Notes: generated by a model not told the origin, from the sequence alone. A stretch of 25,640 nucleotides of DNA from Chthoniobacteraceae bacterium (GCA_040081625.1 JBEBGD010000082.1:1-25640), one strand, 5' to 3'; positions 9,687-17,958 are shown, numbered from the stretch's first letter. Numbers and translations are program-made.

Positions 9687-10361
9687 ATGAGTTCGACCAC
9701 CGATTCGCAGCCCGGACATTGGGCCACCGCGCTTTCCGCGGACACCGACGCCGCCCGCCGGGCGATGAACGAGATCGCCGCGAGCTACTGGTATCCGGTC
9801 TATGCGTGGTGGCGCAGCGCGGGCCTGCCCGCGGAAAAGTCGGCGCTCGCCACCGAGGCGAGCTTCACGCGCTGGCGCGACAAGGAGCCGCCGACGACCG
9901 CCGACGAGGGCGCAGCGCGACTGCGCGAGTGGCTGCTTGCGCGGTTGCGCGTGCTGGCGAGCGCCGGGGTAAAGCCGCTGCCCGATCCCGCGGTAACGAT
10001 CTCGCGCTCCTGGGCTGAGGAGCGCTTCGCAAAAGAGCCGCAGCGCGATCCTGACGCGGTCTTCCAACGGCGCTGGGCGCTGACGGTGCTCGAGTTCACG
10101 GTGTCCATGCTGCAGCGCGAGCACTCGGGAAAGGAACAACTCTTCTCGCTGCTGTTGCCATTCCTCGGCTTCTCCGGCGGAGAGGAACGTTACGATGAAA
10201 TCGCGCCAAAGGCCGGCATGTCCTCGGGCGCGCTGCACGTGGCCGTGTTCGATTTCCGAAAGCGATACCGCGAGCTGCTCCGCGCGGTCATCGCCGACAC
10301 GGTCGCCGAAGAATCGCAGGTCGATAGCGAGATGACGGCGCTGCTCTGCGCGACGGGTTGA
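9687..10361 (+). CDS. ECF-type sigma-70-like protein (PVC type) with divergent region 2
   Basis: SYWYPVYAW, PDAVFQRRWALTVLE, YDEIAPKAGMSSGALHVAVFDFRKRYRELLR...IADTV...VDSEM match the PVC ECF sigma pattern; start ATG 9687 or 9669. Confidence 0.7.
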   Translation: MSSTTDSQPGHWATALSADTDAARRAMNEIAASYWYPVYAWWRSAGLPAEKSALATEASFTRWRDKEPPTTADEGAARLREWLLARLRVLASAGVKPLPDPAVTISRSWAEERFAKEPQRDPDAVFQRRWALTVLEFTVSMLQREHSGKEQLFSLLLPFLGFSGGEERYDEIAPKAGMSSGALHVAVFDFRKRYRELLRAVIADTVAEESQVDSEMTALLCATG

Positions 10362-10368
10362 GACGGCG

Positions 10369-11268
10369 CTAAACCGGCAGCTTCAGCACGCGCTTCGCGT
10401 TCTCGAAAAGGATCTTTCGCTCGGCGCGTTTGTTCGGCGCGAGGCGGCGGATCGTCGCGAGCATCTGCGCGCCGCTGCACTTCTCGCCTTCGCCGATCGA
10501 GTCGTTGCAATCGCTCCCGTAGAGCAGCTTGTCCTGGTGCCGGTCGAGGAAGCCGCGCGCGTGCTCCTCGTCGCGCAACATCGCACCAAGCCCCGAGCCG
10601 GCGCTCATGTCGGCGAACATGTTCGGGTAGTTTGCGAGCAGCTTGTCGGTGATGCCGCCGGGTGTGACCGGGCCTTTCGGGTAAAGCACCGCCTGGTCGG
10701 CCTTCGCGTCGATGTTTGCCCACCACGTCTGCGCGTGCCCGATGAAGTTCACCGTCGGGAACTTCTCGAGGATCAAGTGAAAGCGCTCGAAGCTCGTGTT
10801 GTATTTGCCGAACTGGAAGTGCAGCAGCACCGCCACGCCGTGCTCCTTCGCGATCTCCGCGACGAGTTGCACCGCGCGCGAGTCCGACTCGACCATGAAC
10901 TTCTGCTCCCCGATCCCGAGCGCGCCCGCCTTGATCCCCGCCGTGATGATGTCGCGCGCGTCGCTCAGATACGGCACTTCGTTCGCGAAGAAGAAGTATT
11001 CCTTCGGGTGCGCCCGCGCGACTTGCTGCACGCGCTCGTTCCCGCTCGCTCCCGCCTCGAGTCCGAAGAAGCGCCCCGCCGGCAGCAGGACCGTGTGCGT
11101 GATTCCCATCTTGCGCTGATGCGCGATCATCTGCTCATCGGTGCGATCGCGGTAGTCGGTGTGCTGGTGGATATCGATGATCGGCTCGGCTGCGGGCGAT
11201 TGCGCGAAGCACGCGGCGCAAGTGCCCGCAGTCGTGAGGATGAAGTTTCGGCGGTTGAGGTGGGGCAT
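10369..11268 (-). CDS. Amidohydrolase_2-family metal-dependent hydrolase with Tat signal
   Basis: LNRRNFIL twin-arginine signal, IDIHQH metal motif, GIGEQK, VLLHF, FIGHA, LLYGSD, KILFENA; alternative GTG start 11289 overlapping upstream TGA. Confidence 0.85.
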   Translation of the reverse strand: MPHLNRRNFILTTAGTCAACFAQSPAAEPIIDIHQHTDYRDRTDEQMIAHQRKMGITHTVLLPAGRFFGLEAGASGNERVQQVARAHPKEYFFFANEVPYLSDARDIITAGIKAGALGIGEQKFMVESDSRAVQLVAEIAKEHGVAVLLHFQFGKYNTSFERFHLILEKFPTVNFIGHAQTWWANIDAKADQAVLYPKGPVTPGGITDKLLANYPNMFADMSAGSGLGAMLRDEEHARGFLDRHQDKLLYGSDCNDSIGEGEKCSGAQMLATIRRLAPNKRAERKILFENAKRVLKLPV

Positions 11269-11285
11269 ATTGGAAGTGGCGGGAT

Positions 11286-12827
11286 TCACGGAATCTTCGT
11301 CACCGGCAGGCGCACGCACGCGATTTCGCGATCGGTGCGCATCAGCAGGATGTCTCCACTGAGCGCGGGCGGGTTCCAGGTCTTGCTGTCGAAGACGCGG
11401 AACCGGGCCAACTCCATCGGCGCCTCCGGCTTCGGCTCGACTAGAACGATCTCGCCGCTCTCGGCGGTGATGAGCAGCACGTCGCCGACGAGCAGGAGCT
11501 GGCCGTGTCCATAGCGCCCGGCCTTCCACTTCCGGCTGCCATCGCGCAGATCGACACACGCGAGGATGCTGTCGTCGAGGCCGTAAATGTAGCCGTCGCG
11601 ATGCACGAAACTGGTCAGCTTCGCTTTCATGCTGATCGTCTTCCAAAGGCTCTGCACGCCGAGTTTGCCGGCGGGGTCGCGCTGGAGTTCGAGCAGTTCG
11701 CAGCCGATGCCGTAGCCGCTCGAAAAGACGACGCGATCGGCGCCCACCACCACGGGCTGCGCGACGCACGGTTGACGACGGCCCCACGGGTATTCCCACA
11801 GCACTGCACCGGTGCCGGGATCGTGCGCCGTGATGGCGACCAGATTGAAACTCACGATCTGCGGCACTCCGGCGAGCGTGAGGAACGCGGGCGAGGCATA
11901 CGCCGCGGGCTGCGATCCGCCATGCCACGCGACCTCGCCATCCGCGAGCCGGTAAGCGAACAGCGATTTCCCGTCCGGCTGCCCCACGCTCACGATGACA
12001 TTGTCCTCGTAGATGAGCGGTGAGCCGGCATAGCCCCATTCCGGCAGGCCCTCCGGCGTCTGCGTGCGCTGCCAGATCCGCTGGCCGGTGGCCAGGTCGA
12101 GGCAAGTCAGCGTGCCCGTGGCGCCAAAAGCAAACACGCGACCGCCGGCGATTGTCGGCGTCGAGCGCGGGCCTTCGCCGCCGAGCGCCGAGGCGTAGCG
12201 CGCCGGATAGACATGCTCCCACAGGAGTTTGCCGGTCAGCACATCGAGGCACACGACCACTTCGCTTTCGCCGCGTTGCTCGAAGGTCACCGCGCGATTT
12301 CCAGCGATGGCACAACCCGACCACGCCGCACCGATCGGCTGGCGCCAGAGGATTTGCGGCGGCTCGCTCTTCCAATCCCGCGCGAGCACCGGGCCAGCAT
12401 CGATCACGGCATTGCGCTGCGGCCCGAGGTATTGGGGGAAGTCCGGCCGCCCGCTGTCGTCGAGCGCAGCGTGAGGAGCACCCTTTTCCAAAGTCGTCGC
12501 TGCGCGCTGCGTCCAGCGCGGCTCGAAGATGGGAAGCATATCGCCCGTGACACCCCGGAACCGCAAGGACGCGCGCAACGCCACGCCGAGCGCGAGAACA
12601 CCGAGGACCACTCCGAGCCGAAGCCGCCACGGAGCGCGCGACGCGAGCAGCCACCACAACATGAGCAACACGAGGACAAGCCCGCCGAGCCCGAGCATCG
12701 CGAGATTGCGCGCCTGTATTTGCGCGGCCGGCGCGAGGCGCACAATGAGAAGAGCCAGCGCCCCGAGGATGAGGATTGTAACCGCAGGCCACCATCGAAT
12801 GCGTCGGCCGGCGGAAGTTTCATTCAT
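11286..12827 (-). CDS. PQQ-like (BamB-type) beta-propeller repeat protein with N-terminal membrane helices
   Basis: Three hydrophobic segments then DFPQYLGPQRNA, LWRQPIG, CLDVLTGKLLW, GPRSTP, SPLI, YASP, TWNPPAL propeller repeats; ATG at 12827. Confidence 0.85.
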   Translation of the reverse strand: MNETSAGRRIRWWPAVTILILGALALLIVRLAPAAQIQARNLAMLGLGGLVLVLLMLWWLLASRAPWRLRLGVVLGVLALGVALRASLRFRGVTGDMLPIFEPRWTQRAATTLEKGAPHAALDDSGRPDFPQYLGPQRNAVIDAGPVLARDWKSEPPQILWRQPIGAAWSGCAIAGNRAVTFEQRGESEVVVCLDVLTGKLLWEHVYPARYASALGGEGPRSTPTIAGGRVFAFGATGTLTCLDLATGQRIWQRTQTPEGLPEWGYAGSPLIYEDNVIVSVGQPDGKSLFAYRLADGEVAWHGGSQPAAYASPAFLTLAGVPQIVSFNLVAITAHDPGTGAVLWEYPWGRRQPCVAQPVVVGADRVVFSSGYGIGCELLELQRDPAGKLGVQSLWKTISMKAKLTSFVHRDGYIYGLDDSILACVDLRDGSRKWKAGRYGHGQLLLVGDVLLITAESGEIVLVEPKPEAPMELARFRVFDSKTWNPPALSGDILLMRTDREIACVRLPVTKIP

Positions 12828-12984
12828 GCGCGTCCCTATGCTCGGAAACAAACGGCGCGGCAAGGCCCGTCGCACTCCCTTGACCATCACTCGTGAACTC
12901 GCTTCACCTGCCGCGTCCATTTCCGAGATACTTCCTTGGGATTCACTTCGCTCCCGGTTCTCCGACCTTGGATTCTCCTTCACC

Positions 12985-15951
12985 ATGCGCCCTCTCCTTC
13001 TACTCCTCCTCTCCAGCGTCGCCTTCGCCCAGGACGGCCTGAAATCCAAGACCACCTACGCAAAAGCCTACGGCGAGACGAAGAATCCCGTCGCCGTCGA
13101 TCCCGCGAAGGATCTCCCGCGCTACCCCGCCGTCGCGCCGAAGGACGCGATTGCGACTTGGAAAGTGAAGCCCGGCTACAAGCTCCAACTCGCCGCGCAC
13201 GAGCCGCAGGTGCGCGATCCCATCGCCGTCTCCTTCGATGAAAACGGCCGCATGTTCGTGTGCGAAATGATCGACTACTCCGAGATGCGCGACGAGACGC
13301 CGCACCTCGGCCGCATCTCGTTGCTCGAGGACAAGGACGGCGACGGCTTCTACGAAACCAGCCGCGTCTTCGCCGACAATCTACCTTGGCCCACCGGCCT
13401 CATCTGGGCGAACGGCGGACTCTACGTCGGCGCCACGCCGGACATCTGGCGCTTCGAGGATCGCGATGGCGACGGCCGCGCCGAGGTGCGCGAGAAGGTC
13501 TTCACCGGCTTCGGCACCGGCTTGAAACTGCTCAACGTCCAGGGCCTGATGAACAGCTTCCAGTGGGGCCCGGACAACCGCGTCCACATCCTCTCCGGCT
13601 CCGGCAATCGCGGACTCATCGCGTGTCCGAAGCGCCCCGACCTCCCCGCGCAGGAAATCGGCGGACGCAATTTCTGGTTCGATCCCCGCACGCACGACTT
13701 CGGGTTTGAAGCCAGCGGCGCGCAGTATGGCATGAGCTTCGACAACTACGGCCGCAAGTTCGGCTGCTCGAACTCCGATCACCTCCAGACGTGGGTGTAT
13801 GACGACCGCGGCACCGCGCGGAATCCGTTCTTCACCATGCCGCCGTCGCGTCAGAGCATTGCGGCGGACGGCGGCGCGGCGGAAGTCTTCCGCCTCAGCC
13901 CCGACGAACCGTGGCGCATCATCCGCACGCGCTGGCGCATCGCGGGTGTGGTGAAAGGCGTGGTCGAGGGCGGCGGGCGCGTGAGCGGATACTTCACCGG
14001 CGCGACCGGCACGACGGTCTTTCGCGGCGACGCGTATGGCGACGACATTGTGAACAACACCTTCAGCGGCGACGCCGGCGGCCAGCTCGTGCATCGCAAG
14101 AAGATCCACCCCGACGGCGCAAGCCTCATCGGTCGCCGGCCCGACGACGAGCAAGGCTTCGAGTTCGCCGCCAGCACGGACACCTGGGTCCGCGTCGTCA
14201 ACTTCGCCAACGCCCCCGACGGCTGCCTCCACATCTGCGACATGTATCGCGAAGTCATCGAGCACCCGCACAGCATCCCCGACGAGATCAAAAAGTTCAT
14301 CGACCTCAACAGCGGCAACGACCGCGGCCGCATTTACCGCATCGTGCCCGACAACAAAACCTGGCAGCGCCGCGGCACCGTCGCGCTCGGCAAGGCGGAC
14401 ACCGCCGAGCTGGTGAAAACGCTCGCGCACCCGAACGGCTGGCACCGCGACACCGCATCGCGCCTGATCTACGAGCGGCATGACAAGACCGCCGTGCCGC
14501 CGCTCGATCAGCTCTTCCGCGAGCCGAGCGCGCCCCTCGCCCGGCTCCACGCGCTCGGCGTGCTCTCCACCCTCGGCGCCCTCAGCGACGACACGATCGC
14601 CCTCGCGCTGCGCGATCCCGAGTGGTTCGTCCGCGAGCGTGCCATCGTGCTTTGTAGGGCAAGCGCCTCGCTTGCCGCGGCAGGCGGCGCGCCTGCCCTA
14701 CAGGCTCTCGTCGATGATCCCAATCCGCGCGTGCGCTTCCAACTCGCCCTCGCGCTCGGCGACTCCGCCGCGCTCGCCCGCCTCGCCGCGAAAGATCACG
14801 CCGACAAATGGATCTCCGCCGCCATCCTCAGCCATCCGCCGCAGACCGTCGCCGCGCTCTTCGCGCCTATGACCAGCGACGCCGCGCTCGCGAAACAAGC
14901 CGCGCCCTTCGTGGCGAAACTCATCGAGAGCCGCGCGGCGACGAAAGACGGCGTTCCCGCGCTCATCGACTTCATCGCCGCGCGCGGCGCAAACCCGCTC
15001 TGGCTGCGCGCGCTCGGCGACGGCCTCCGCCGCGCCGGCACGACCATCGCCAAGGCCGACACGCAGGGAAAACTCGGCGCCGTCTTCACCAACGCCGCCA
15101 CGACCGCCGCCGACCCGAAGGCCGCGACCGCCGCGCGCCTCCAGGCCATCGAGTTGCTCGCCTTCACGCCGGGCGACGCCTTGCAGGCCTGCCTTGGCAA
15201 AGGCCAGCCCGACCCGATCCAGGCCGCGGCGATCGAGACCCTCGCGCAGCAAACCTCCACGAACGTCACCAAGACGCTCCTCGAGCAGTGGCCGCATTAC
15301 GGCACGACCGCAAAGGACGCCGCCCTCGCCGCGCTCATCGCCCGCGACGATCGCGCCACCGCGCTGCTCGCCGCCGTGCAGGCTGGCAGCATCAAGGCCT
15401 CCGACCTCTCCGCTTCGCACGTCCAGAGCCTCGTGCGGCACAAGGATACAAAGATCGCCGCGCTCGCGAACAACGCGCTCGCCTCCGTGCTCCCGCCTTC
15501 CCGCGCGGAGATGATCGCCAAGTTCCAGCCCGCCCTCACCATGAAAGGCGACGCCGCGCGCGGGCAGACGCAGTTCATCGCCCGCTGCTTCACGTGTCAC
15601 CGCGCCGCGGGGCAGGGCTTCGAAGTCGGGCCCGACCTCATCACCGTGAAGACCAAGGGCCGCGACGCGCTGCTCACCGCCATCCTCGACCCGCACAAGG
15701 AAGTCGCCTCGCAATACATCGGCTACCTCGTCAACACCAAGGACGGCCAGACCGTCACCGGCATCATCAGCAAGGACGACGCAAACAGCCTCACCGTCCG
15801 CTCCCTCGGCGGCATCGAGCAGACCATCCCGCGCAGCAACATCAAGGGCAGCACCTCCGACGGCCGCAGCCTGATGCCCGAGGGTCTCGAAACCGGCCTC
15901 GACGTGCAAGGCATGGCCGACCTGCTCGCCTTCATCGAGGAGTTGAAGTAG
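12985..15951 (+). CDS. PVC-type membrane-bound dehydrogenase / heme-binding CxxCH protein (beta-propeller + HEAT repeats + cytochrome c)
   Basis: Signal peptide MRPLLLLLLSSVAFAQ; AHEPQVRDPIAVSFDENGR, APDGCLHICDMYREVIEHP, RGRIYRI, HPNGWHRDTA, CFTCH heme motif, GPDL, SLMPEGLE. Confidence 0.9.
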   Translation: MRPLLLLLLSSVAFAQDGLKSKTTYAKAYGETKNPVAVDPAKDLPRYPAVAPKDAIATWKVKPGYKLQLAAHEPQVRDPIAVSFDENGRMFVCEMIDYSEMRDETPHLGRISLLEDKDGDGFYETSRVFADNLPWPTGLIWANGGLYVGATPDIWRFEDRDGDGRAEVREKVFTGFGTGLKLLNVQGLMNSFQWGPDNRVHILSGSGNRGLIACPKRPDLPAQEIGGRNFWFDPRTHDFGFEASGAQYGMSFDNYGRKFGCSNSDHLQTWVYDDRGTARNPFFTMPPSRQSIAADGGAAEVFRLSPDEPWRIIRTRWRIAGVVKGVVEGGGRVSGYFTGATGTTVFRGDAYGDDIVNNTFSGDAGGQLVHRKKIHPDGASLIGRRPDDEQGFEFAASTDTWVRVVNFANAPDGCLHICDMYREVIEHPHSIPDEIKKFIDLNSGNDRGRIYRIVPDNKTWQRRGTVALGKADTAELVKTLAHPNGWHRDTASRLIYERHDKTAVPPLDQLFREPSAPLARLHALGVLSTLGALSDDTIALALRDPEWFVRERAIVLCRASASLAAAGGAPALQALVDDPNPRVRFQLALALGDSAALARLAAKDHADKWISAAILSHPPQTVAALFAPMTSDAALAKQAAPFVAKLIESRAATKDGVPALIDFIAARGANPLWLRALGDGLRRAGTTIAKADTQGKLGAVFTNAATTAADPKAATAARLQAIELLAFTPGDALQACLGKGQPDPIQAAAIETLAQQTSTNVTKTLLEQWPHYGTTAKDAALAALIARDDRATALLAAVQAGSIKASDLSASHVQSLVRHKDTKIAALANNALASVLPPSRAEMIAKFQPALTMKGDAARGQTQFIARCFTCHRAAGQGFEVGPDLITVKTKGRDALLTAILDPHKEVASQYIGYLVNTKDGQTVTGIISKDDANSLTVRSLGGIEQTIPRSNIKGSTSDGRSLMPEGLETGLDVQGMADLLAFIEELK
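14653..14702. repeat. REP doublet (REPIN-like inverted pair) embedded in-frame in the dehydrogenase CDS
   Basis: TGTAG-GGCAAGC-GCCTC-GCTTGCC, GC, GGCAGGC-GGCGC-GCCTGCC-CTACA: two GTAG-tailed hairpins in inverted orientation. Confidence 0.8.
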
Positions 15952-16039
15952 GCGGGCGCGATCGGGGAGCGCGCTCACCCGGTCCGTCTCATTGTTTTGC
16001 GGCGCTTGATGCCAAGCGCTTGCTGCTTCCTTATTAAAT

Positions 16040-16327
16040 TCAGGAAGGCGTCCCTGGAGGTTCGGGCGGTCCTGACTCGGAGGCGCACTTGATGGAACGC
16101 AGTTCGCGGTAGGACGACATGATCAGGTATCCTGCGAGCAGTGCACCGGGACTGAATGACAAGAGTGCCACGCGAACTCCCTGCCAGCCATGCCTGTCAT
16201 TCGGCATGAGCACCACGAATGCGACGATCGCCGCAAGGTAGATCACCAAGCAGAGGCTCCAACCGATGATCCACCATCGGAGAAAGGTGACATAGGCGTG
16301 CTTTGGCATGTAATTCTGAATATTCAT
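16040..16327 (-). CDS. Hypothetical small membrane protein (two predicted TM helices), possible gene cassette ORF
   Basis: 95-aa ORF with two hydrophobic stretches, atypical codon usage, ATG 16 nt after the attC-like GTT site. Confidence 0.55.
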   Translation of the reverse strand: MNIQNYMPKHAYVTFLRWWIIGWSLCLVIYLAAIVAFVVLMPNDRHGWQGVRVALLSFSPGALLAGYLIMSSYRELRSIKCASESGPPEPPGTPS

Positions 16328-16343
16328 GTTAGTGCAGCCGTTG

Positions 16344-16402
16344 ACCAAACGATCCCAAGCGTAGTGAGACGCGGAGCCGTTAGTTGCAGTGCATGGTGAG
16401 GC
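16344..16402 (-). mobile_element. Degenerate integron attC-like site (59 bp)
   Basis: Minus strand GCCTCAC-CATGC-ACTGCAAC-TAACGGCTCCGCGTCTCACTACGC-TTGGGATC-GTTTGGT: near-match to RYYYAAC...GTTRRRY with one mismatch in each core. Confidence 0.5.
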
Positions 16403-16438
16403 GCTTCGTTCATTGGGACTAGGAGACTGTTAAAATGA

Positions 16439-16518
16439 TCCACAGATTTCACGGATGGACACAGATTCGTCCCGATAGTCCGTTCACCTTCTCTGTGAGA
16501 ATCGGTGCGATCTGTGGA
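16439..16518. repeat. 80-bp imperfect palindromic element (TCCACAGAT...ATCTGTGGA)
   Basis: 28-nt arms match at 21 positions, outer 9 bp perfect; internal CACAGAT/CACGGAT sub-repeats. Confidence 0.75.
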
Positions 16519-16552
16519 CAACGACCGAGGCATCATGGTTTTCAACTGGCTG

Positions 16553-16954
16553 CTAGATGGGGATGATGCGAGCCACAAAGCAGGCGAGGAAGAAGAAAGA
16601 TGGAAACAATAGAAGGGCCGTGATGACGTGGAGGCCCGTGAACAGGGATTGATTCATCTGACGGGCGAGGCCGCACGAGACAAGGAATACGAGGGAACCG
16701 ACGATGCCGAGAAGGATCGCGACAAACGAGGTAGCAAACGGCACGAAATTGAGGCTGAACGCGACGCCCCCGGCGATCGTGCTCGGCGGACGCCCCTCGA
16801 CGTATCGTGCCAGATCGCGCCAGAGAACAATGGCGAGGCCCGCGGTGCCGCTAGATGCTGCGGCAAAAAAGAATGCGGCGATCCCGGCAGGCCGGAAGCG
16901 TGCGACGCGCGGAAGCGGCGGCGGTAGAGATGGCAACGATGCAGCTTGACTCAC
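16553..16954 (-). CDS. Hypothetical membrane protein (three predicted TM helices)
   Basis: 133-aa ORF from GTG with three hydrophobic segments, atypical codons; GTTGGGC (GTTRRRY) at 16978-16972 just upstream. Confidence 0.5.
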   Translation of the reverse strand: MSQAASLPSLPPPLPRVARFRPAGIAAFFFAAASSGTAGLAIVLWRDLARYVEGRPPSTIAGGVAFSLNFVPFATSFVAILLGIVGSLVFLVSCGLARQMNQSLFTGLHVITALLLFPSFFFLACFVARIIPI

Positions 16955-17124
16955 GGGACACGTGTCGAAGCGCCCAACCCTGATTTCCGCGACCGGCGCG
17001 GTTCAGACTTGGCTGGGAAAAGGGCTCGCATAAAAGCGGTGATGGGTGAATCGAGCGGTGTTGCGTGTCCAATAAAAGGCGCCGCCTGCCAAGCCTAGAT
17101 TGCTCGATCAAATCACGCGGGGCT

Positions 17125-17430
17125 TCACCCGGAGAAGGGTTCGCCGCAGATGACGACTCGGATGACCAGAATGGTGGCGGCGTGGCGGGACTCAACCTCG
17201 AGCTTGCTTAGGATCCTCGAGACGTGCGTGGTCACGGTGCGCCAGGCGCAACCCACGATGATCGCGATCTCCCCGTCGGTCTTGCCGTGGACGATCCATT
17301 GCAGCACGCGGCATTCGGCACGCGTGAGGGTTCGGAAGGTCTCGTGAAGCACCTTTTCATCGATTTGTTCCAACGTCATTTGCCCATCGGCCATGCTCGC
17401 AGCCTGACCATCGGTGCGTTGGAAGTCCAT
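17125..17430 (-). CDS. Stand-alone LuxR/GerE-type helix-turn-helix regulator
   Basis: LTRAECRVLQWIVHGKTDGEIAIIVGCAWRTVTTHVSRILSKLEVESRHAA is a full LuxR C-terminal HTH; no receiver or autoinducer domain; start may be ATG 17430, 17394 or 17379. Confidence 0.85.
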   Translation of the reverse strand: MDFQRTDGQAASMADGQMTLEQIDEKVLHETFRTLTRAECRVLQWIVHGKTDGEIAIIVGCAWRTVTTHVSRILSKLEVESRHAATILVIRVVICGEPFSG

Positions 17431-17437
17431 CCTGCGG

Positions 17438-17457
17438 AATACGTAATGATACGTATT
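17438..17457. promoter_or_regulatory. Perfect 20-bp palindrome, candidate LuxR/NarL-family operator
   Basis: AATACGTA-ATGA-TACGTATT, AT-rich in a GC-rich context, 7 bp from the luxR ATG at 17430. Confidence 0.65.
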
Positions 17458-17650
17458 GTGCCGGACGCTCGGAGGCGGACGGTGCGCGCATGCCCGCCAA
17501 ATCCTGCCGCTTCATTCGCCCCCTCGACTTTCCGGGCTTCGCCGTGGAGCGGAAAACTCGGGCGGTCGCGCGGGAGCATTCCTGCGGGGGGCGTCTGACG
17601 CGGAACCGGAAGGTTTCGCGACGGATCTCATGCGCCTTACGGAGAACTTC

Positions 17651-17915
17651 ATGCGCTTCGCCGCATCCGACATGCAGCCTGCCGCAACCGACATGCAGCC
17701 TGCCGCAACCGACATGCAGCCTGCCGCATCCGACATGCAGCCTGCCGCGTCCGACATGCAGCCTACCGCGTCCGACATGCAGTCTGCCGCAACCGACATG
17801 CAGTTTTCCGCATCCGACATGCAGTTTGCCGCGTCCGACATGCAGTCTGCGGCAACCGACATGCAGTTTGCCGCGTCCGACAAGCAGTTTGCCGCGTCCG
17901 ACATGCGCTTTGCCG
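17651..17915. repeat. Tandem array of 12 complete 21-bp units plus a partial 13th (consensus ATGCAGYYTGCCGCRWCCGAC)
   Basis: Units start at 17651, 17672, 17693, 17714, 17735, 17756, 17777, 17798, 17819, 17840, 17861, 17882 and (partial) 17903; no spacers. Confidence 0.97.
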
Positions 17916-17958
17916 GCGGTCCTCGCCTTTCACTCGTAGAACTAAACCACCACACACC

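Noticed and set aside
10369..12795. 808-aa ORF suggesting a fusion or frameshift between the PQQ-propeller and amidohydrolase
   Set aside because: The N-terminal 500 aa is an Arg/Ala-rich off-frame reading of the propeller gene; each gene has its own start signal and stop
12934..12975. Short direct repeat CCTTGG(G)ATTC in the divergent promoter region
   Set aside because: Two imperfect 10-11-mers in a pyrimidine-rich leader could be chance
12529..13055. Long N-terminal extensions of the divergent genes in the ORF track
   Set aside because: They overlap each other; plausible starts are ATG 12827 (-) and ATG 12985 (+, followed by a signal peptide)
15951..16040. attC site or terminator downstream of the 16040 ORF
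   Set aside because: Only short imperfect hairpins (GCGCTTG-ATGC-CAAGCGC at about 16003-16020) and no paired AAC/GTT cores; could be a terminator but not supportable
16324..16578. 84-aa minus-strand ORF containing PHHALQLTAP
   Set aside because: It is a translation of the palindromic element and the attC-like site rather than a gene
17651..17915. CRISPR or TIGR-type guide array
   Set aside because: Units are contiguous with only a few variable bases and no unique spacers; no cas or Nop-domain gene recognised nearby
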